A stretch of 64,000 nucleotides of DNA, taken from positions 19,914 through 83,913 of IMG/VR virus record IMGVR_UViG_3300019880_000001. One strand, given 5' to 3'. The notes under the pieces are model-generated. The model was not told the origin of the DNA. It saw nothing but the letters and a program-made list of their open reading frames with translations, and searched no databases. Every line of letters starts with the position of its first letter. The first letter of the stretch is position 1. The stretch comes from a virus. The position numbers and the translations under genes are program-made. Positions 59,611 to 64,000 of the stretch are shown here, piece after piece.

Positions 59611-59891
59611 GCATGAGCAGACGTCAGAAGGTCAAAGACCTCATCAAACTCGCTCTCGACGGTGACAATAACGACAACGAGCGGATGGCCGCAGCGCTGC
59701 GCGCCGTGAAGATTATCGACAAGTACGATCTTCTTTCGAGCCCCCTCGATGGGTTGCTCAGTAGCGACAACGAGACCGTCCAGGCGGCGACCGACATCTT
59801 CTCTCGAATCACAGACCCGAGCCTCGTGCGCAGCGTGAGGAAGATCGCGGATCAAGTCGGTCGCGCTCGGCAGCGTCGTCGGAGTCGTTGA
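59607..59891 (+). CDS. DUF2786-like helical protein
   Basis: KVKDLIKLA...NE..AA...A.KII.KY.L. Confidence 0.55.
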   Translation: MSMSRRQKVKDLIKLALDGDNNDNERMAAALRAVKIIDKYDLLSSPLDGLLSSDNETVQAATDIFSRITDPSLVRSVRKIADQVGRARQRRRSR

Positions 59892-59967
59892 TCAGTGGAG
59901 CTCTGGCTCGCGCTTCCGATCGCAATCCCATTCGCCTTGCTGTTCTTTCGTCTTTGGCGGCGTCGAT

Positions 59968-60228
59968 CTACTCGCGCTCGACGATAACGGACGACACGCG
60001 CAGCGCTTCGGCGTAGGCACGCTCGGGGAACGGGAGGCCGTCGCCTGGGAGATCGACTACCGAATCGAACGGATCGCCGTAGGTACCTTCGCAGCAAAGA
60101 CGCGGGACGGTTTCTCCAGGAGGGATGACCAAAGCGACTCCCGCCGGACCGTCGTACGCATCGTTGGTCTCGCGCAGCATCTCGCGGATCTCCGTGAGCG
60201 TGAGAAAGTCACCGCCGGTTTTCTTCAC
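59968..60228 (-). CDS. Hypothetical protein
   Basis: GTGA overlap. Confidence 0.45.
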   Translation of the reverse strand: MKKTGGDFLTLTEIREMLRETNDAYDGPAGVALVIPPGETVPRLCCEGTYGDPFDSVVDLPGDGLPFPERAYAEALRVSSVIVERE

Positions 60229-60470
60229 GGCTTCAAGCTCTCTTTTTTCTTCGGGGGAGGGGTGTGGATCACGGCTCCGAACGTGTACTCGGTGACCGTC
60301 GCGTCGACGTTCTTGGCCCAAGCGACGATGCCCTCGAGCGGTTCTTTTCGGATGAAGCTGTGCTCACCACTCAACCAGATCACGAACCAGATCTTGGGCG
60401 GGAGTCCGGGGGCGGCTGTTCCCCCGGAGGGAGTCATGCGTGGGGTGGGTGGTTTCGGGGGCGTGTTCAT
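60225..60470 (-). CDS. Hypothetical protein
   Basis: ATGA overlap. Confidence 0.5.
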   Translation of the reverse strand: MNTPPKPPTPRMTPSGGTAAPGLPPKIWFVIWLSGEHSFIRKEPLEGIVAWAKNVDATVTEYTFGAVIHTPPPKKKESLKP

Positions 60471-61087
60471 CGGATTCCTACGTCATCGATCAAAAGGGTC
60501 ACGGGCCCCGAAGCGTTCAACGCGAACCCGAAGATCTGAACGTCTTTCGGAGCGAAGCCGGGCGTTGACGGAGCATCGAAGCTGAACTCGAAGCACGTCC
60601 AGTCTCCCGGCGTGATCGTGACTTCCCGATCGGCTCCGTAGTCATCTCCGTTCGATACGTAAGCGAGCACGTTGAGGGGGCCTCCCGCCTCGAGCTTGAG
60701 CCATACCGAGCCCGTGCGCCCGCGCATGTCGCCCTGGGGGGTCGGGAGCACGAGCCACCCGTGGGGCGCGTCTGGGGTCTCGAATCGAACCGAGCCGCCG
60801 GCGGAGTGCCCCTCTGGGCTCCAGGCCGCTGTTTCGAGGTAGGGCGGCCGGTACTCCCACTGCTCGAGACCCTGATCGAAGCCCCAGTGCTGCACAACGG
60901 GTTCTCCGGAGCAGCCGAGCGCCGGCCCGACGGGTGCGGCTTCGACGAGGAGCGCCCCGCCGTCCGGCGCAGCCGTCTGTACGACGGCTCCGTCGGGCGC
61001 GTTGAGCTCGGCCTCGAGCCCCATAGGGTAGTACCCGACGCGCCCACAACCGAGGGCGAGAAGGGCCAGGAGGCTCGCGCGTGGCAT
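60467..61087 (-). CDS. Lipoprotein with carbohydrate-binding-like beta sandwich
   Basis: LLALLALGC lipobox; WGFDQGLEQW...SVWLK...GDWT.F.F...LLIDDV. Confidence 0.65.
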   Translation of the reverse strand: MPRASLLALLALGCGRVGYYPMGLEAELNAPDGAVVQTAAPDGGALLVEAAPVGPALGCSGEPVVQHWGFDQGLEQWEYRPPYLETAAWSPEGHSAGGSVRFETPDAPHGWLVLPTPQGDMRGRTGSVWLKLEAGGPLNVLAYVSNGDDYGADREVTITPGDWTCFEFSFDAPSTPGFAPKDVQIFGFALNASGPVTLLIDDVGIR

Positions 61088-61092
61088 GTCGT

Positions 61093-61380
61093 TCAATTTT
61101 CTCCTACCGGTTCGCATCGATCGACGAACCACCCGCAGGTGCATCGATAGTTGAACCGCTTGCCGGCGATCTCGGTAGGGCCCGCCTGACGGCGGTCGAG
61201 TGTTCGTGTGAGCACATGCCGGGCACTCGGCGAGCCGTCTCTTTTTGGGCAAATGCCGGCGTCTATTTTCGCGTCCTCAGCCTTCATGTCACGAATAGCG
61301 CTGTCAGCTTCGGCTTCGGACACCCCGCCGGCGAGCAGACCGGCTCGGTAGTTGTCGTACTTGTCTCCGCGGAAGGTCAT
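61093..61380 (-). CDS. Small Zn-ribbon protein
   Basis: ICPK...YRCTCGW. Confidence 0.5.
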   Translation of the reverse strand: MTFRGDKYDNYRAGLLAGGVSEAEADSAIRDMKAEDAKIDAGICPKRDGSPSARHVLTRTLDRRQAGPTEIAGKRFNYRCTCGWFVDRCEPVGEN

Positions 61381-61519
61381 AGTTTCTTCTTCGCTGCTGC
61401 GAGCTCCGCTTCGAGTTCGGCAACGCGCGCCTTCAACGTCGCCACTTCGGTACGTAGATTCGTGATCTCGCGGGCGCGGCGCTCGAGGAGCGGGGTTGTA
61501 GTTTGGCGGCTAGAACTTT

Positions 61520-61702
61520 TCATCGTTTCCTCTTTTCGGCGCGTTCCGCGCCTTGTGTGACGAATAGGCGAATCACTTCGGAGCGGGTGATGGGGCTCAT
61601 GCCCGCTTGAGACAACTTCTCGGCGATCTTGTCGACGCGCTTCAAGAGTGTCTCGGGGAGACGGATTGCCGTCTGGATCTGCTGTTCTTGTTTTTCGGCC
61701 AC
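61520..61702 (-). CDS. Ribbon-helix-helix (CopG-like) regulator
   Basis: TAIRLPETLLKRVDKIA...TRSEVIR. Confidence 0.75.
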   Translation of the reverse strand: MAEKQEQQIQTAIRLPETLLKRVDKIAEKLSQAGMSPITRSEVIRLFVTQGAERAEKRKR

Positions 61703-61707
61703 GGGTT

Positions 61708-62184
61708 TCAACTCTCCTTGCGATTCGAGATTCTCGTTTGGGCTTCGTCGCATGCGCGTTTCAAAACTTCCAGAGCGAACCCCTCGCGCTTGAGCTGATT
61801 GAGCGTGTGAACGATCCGATCCGACGCCTCTTTCACGTCTGGAGGTATGACGGGCGTCTTCGTCTGAATGGCAGCGGGCCGGAGCTCGATGCGCTCGACG
61901 GCCTTCTTGTTGTCCCGGCGCCATTTTATGAGGCCAGCCGAGTGTTCGTGACGGAGCGCTTGCCGCTCGTCCCCGTCGTTTCGAGCGATCTGGGCTTTCG
62001 CCTCTTCGATCGCGATGTCGATGTCGGTCTGATTTACTTTCATGCCGGAGGTGGTCAGAATAGCCGCCACCCGTCCCCCAGGGAGCTTCGACTCGCACGC
62101 GCGGCAGAAGTGGATGGCCGCGGACGGCACCGGGTTCGCGCAATAGCGGCAGGTGGGGCGCGGGGCGGTGCTGGGGAGGCTCAC
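61708..62184 (-). CDS. Zn-finger hypothetical protein
   Basis: CRYC...FCRAC. Confidence 0.55.
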   Translation of the reverse strand: MSLPSTAPRPTCRYCANPVPSAAIHFCRACESKLPGGRVAAILTTSGMKVNQTDIDIAIEEAKAQIARNDGDERQALRHEHSAGLIKWRRDNKKAVERIELRPAAIQTKTPVIPPDVKEASDRIVHTLNQLKREGFALEVLKRACDEAQTRISNRKES

Positions 62185-62636
62185 GGGTTGCCTCCGTTGA
62201 ACCGGATGATCGTCGCGGCTTGCCCGTAGACGTCTTGGACATCACCTCCGAAGAGCAGTTTCGGGCCTTCGGCGGTCCTGAGGACGATCTGAAACTTGCC
62301 CGTCGCGCTCATGCGGGTGTCGTACGAACACCCAGGGTTGTTTCGCATCCATCCCGTGAGCGTCTCCAGGCCGTCGGCGGCGGCTTTGGACATCGCGCGT
62401 TGGATGCGCTCCTCCGACGTCGGCAACGCCGTGATCATGAGCCCTCGCTTCTGGAGTTCACTGACGAACCTGAACGCGAGGTCGGTGAAAGTGTCCTCTG
62501 GATCCTCTTCGAGGGCGGTGCCCGCCGTTGCGGTAATCACGTCGCGGAGGCCGGCGGCGAGATCGCGCATTGTGCTGTCGAGGCGCCCGTTCTTGCGGGT
62601 GGGCTTGGCTTGATCGGTCGATTTATTGGTGTTCAT
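62181..62636 (-). CDS. Hypothetical protein
   Basis: RBS AGGAG; 151 aa. Confidence 0.6.
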   Translation of the reverse strand: MNTNKSTDQAKPTRKNGRLDSTMRDLAAGLRDVITATAGTALEEDPEDTFTDLAFRFVSELQKRGLMITALPTSEERIQRAMSKAAADGLETLTGWMRNNPGCSYDTRMSATGKFQIVLRTAEGPKLLFGGDVQDVYGQAATIIRFNGGNP

Positions 62637-62645
62637 TTGAATCTC

Positions 62646-62858
62646 CTACGGAAGTTCCTTTTGGTACCCGCAACGCGGGCAATCGATCTGATTCGCGGTG
62701 ATCTTGTTTCGACGCGCTTCGGCGAGATCGGCTCGAACCGCGTCGAGTTCGGCTAGAATCTCGCTGGCGGGGCCCATAAGGGCCCAATCGATGTACGTAT
62801 CGATGAGCCGCCGCACCTCTGCTTCGCGCGCGATGGTCATTCGAGGGGCCGTTTTCAC
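62646..62858 (-). CDS. Small hypothetical protein with CPRCG
   Basis: GTGA overlap with the rhomboid stop. Confidence 0.5.
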   Translation of the reverse strand: MKTAPRMTIAREAEVRRLIDTYIDWALMGPASEILAELDAVRADLAEARRNKITANQIDCPRCGYQKELP

Positions 62859-63424
62859 GTCGCCTCCAAGGCTTCGCTGTCGGTCGCCCGAAGAAGAACG
62901 ACGACGAGGAAGCCGACAATGAACCCGCCGATGTGGCAGCCGAAAGAGACGTTCCCGGAACCTCCCGTGAAGGCGTTCCAGATGTTGAGGCCGGCGAACG
63001 CGGCGACGAACCCGAGGAGGCGGGGGTAGAGCGCCCCGGCCACGGCGAGGACCCCGAAGATGGCCCCGGAGGCGCCCACGAGGGGGTCGGTCGAGCCGGG
63101 GGCGACGAGGACGTGCATGAGGCCCCCAAAGACGCCGGCAGCCAGGTAGAGGGCCAAGAAACGGAGGTGTCCGAGGCGCCCCTCCACGAGGGTCCCGAAA
63201 AGGGCCAAAAAGACCATGTTCCCGGCGATGTGGGTGAGAGCCCCCGGGTCGTGCAGAAAGAGGCTCGTGAGGAGGGGGCTGAGGATGCCCGTCGACATAA
63301 GAGCCTTCGGAACCAGGCCGTAGGTCTCGCAGGCCGACAGGCCGCCGGCGCCGAGCTCGAGGGAGTAGGCGACCAAGTTCGCGGCTACGAGGAGGAGCGT
63401 GAAAAGAGGGGCTCGGGGGCGCAT
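62855..63424 (-). CDS. Rhomboid intramembrane serine protease
   Basis: SLFLH...HIAGNM.FL..FG..VE..LG..RF..LYL; VGASGAIFG (Ser); HIGG (His). Confidence 0.92.
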   Translation of the reverse strand: MRPRAPLFTLLLVAANLVAYSLELGAGGLSACETYGLVPKALMSTGILSPLLTSLFLHDPGALTHIAGNMVFLALFGTLVEGRLGHLRFLALYLAAGVFGGLMHVLVAPGSTDPLVGASGAIFGVLAVAGALYPRLLGFVAAFAGLNIWNAFTGGSGNVSFGCHIGGFIVGFLVVVLLRATDSEALEAT

Positions 63425-63560
63425 GTCGTGTTCTACGGAACATATCACGCCGGTATCCCCCGTCAAACGTTGGTTGACGTTCTTCCAACAGGGGTGGAAG
63501 ATAGGGATTCGATGGTTGACGGGGGATACCGGTGGGATACGTTACGTAGGACCCAGCATG
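63422..63560. promoter_or_regulatory. Mirror-image twin promoters (17-bp perfect inverted repeat within 45-bp imperfect repeat)
   Basis: TTGACGGGGGATACCGG at 63516-63532 (+) and 63466-63450 (-); each TTGACG is followed after 16 nt by TA(C/T)GTT, then ATG 14 nt later. Confidence 0.75.
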
Positions 63561-63857
63561 GCCCCCCAGAACGCCCCTCGCCCCACCATCATTGGGGTCG
63601 CTCCCCCGAAATCGGGAAGCGCCCCAGAACCTACCCGGAGCCTGACCCCTACGGGGCGCTACCGGTTGAAACTCGAGGGCGCTCCCGCGGCGCTCGACCG
63701 GAAGCTTCGCTCGACCGCCGACGAAGCCGGCAAGAGCTACGACCCCGATGCGCGTGCCATCGCGGCGGTGCTGGTGCGCCACTACGGCGACGAGGCAGAG
63801 GCGGTCCTCAAGCGGGCAGCTCAGTTTTTGGACGACGCGCGAAAGGGGAAACGATGA
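63558..63857 (+). CDS. Hypothetical protein
   Basis: ATG positioned symmetrically to the rhomboid ATG. Confidence 0.55.
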   Translation: MAPQNAPRPTIIGVAPPKSGSAPEPTRSLTPTGRYRLKLEGAPAALDRKLRSTADEAGKSYDPDARAIAAVLVRHYGDEAEAVLKRAAQFLDDARKGKR

Positions 63858-64000
63858 TCTCGTGGTTCTGCGCCCTCGCGATTCCCGCTGCTCTTTGGGG
63901 CCTCTACTACGTGATCGTCTGGCAGCCTCATTCGCACCAGATCGCCCAGAAGCTCACCAGGGCCCAGTACGAGCACGCCGAGTGGATCGCCCGGTGCCTC
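63854..64000 (+). CDS. Membrane protein, truncated by the window edge
   Basis: ATGA overlap; MISWFCALAIPAALWGLYYVIVW. Confidence 0.5.
   Translation, partial: MISWFCALAIPAALWGLYYVIVWQPHSHQIAQKLTRAQYEHAEWIARCL

Noticed and set aside
63450-63532. Transposon terminal inverted repeats or proof of protein-primed linear ends
   Set aside because: No transposase, no protein-primed PolB or terminal protein is seen; a promoter reading explains the repeat

Overview
The whole 64 kb looks like one GC-rich virus or provirus genome. I see no host housekeeping genes, rRNA, tRNA or CRISPR array. About 1-33 kb is a virion/envelope region. It holds many small membrane proteins, a GroES-like chaperone, a JAB/RadC protein, a transglutaminase-like Cys-His-Asp protein, an Arg-rich putative core protein and three beta-rich capsid candidates. 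It also holds LysM/peptidoglycan-binding proteins, a membrane-anchored lytic transglycosylase, a glucosaminidase-like protein, several spike/fibre proteins (one collagen-like) and a glycosyltransferase plus methyltransferase. No terminase, portal, HK97 capsid, tape measure or tail genes are recognisable in the window. About 33-54 kb (minus strand) is a replication and nucleotide-metabolism arm: HerA-like ATPase, Cre-like tyrosine recombinase with a lox/dif-like site, ThyX, UDG-fused family A DNA polymerase, DEDDh exonuclease, dCMP deaminase, MazG-like proteins, SSB-like, Sak4/AAA-like, Cas4-like and VapE helicase. About 54-64 kb carries a primase, regulators, lipoprotein cargo and a rhomboid protease. 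My best interpretation, which is inference, is a large temperate tailless membrane-containing virus, possibly of a myxobacterium, with a tailed-phage-type replication module. The most striking unexplained signals are short shared peptide tags: an N-terminal (I/M)GRGRY(ATET)YP tag on five otherwise unrelated spike-like proteins, and recurrent G-hydrophobic-G motifs at domain boundaries of virion proteins. All family calls come from reading motifs by eye, not from database searches.
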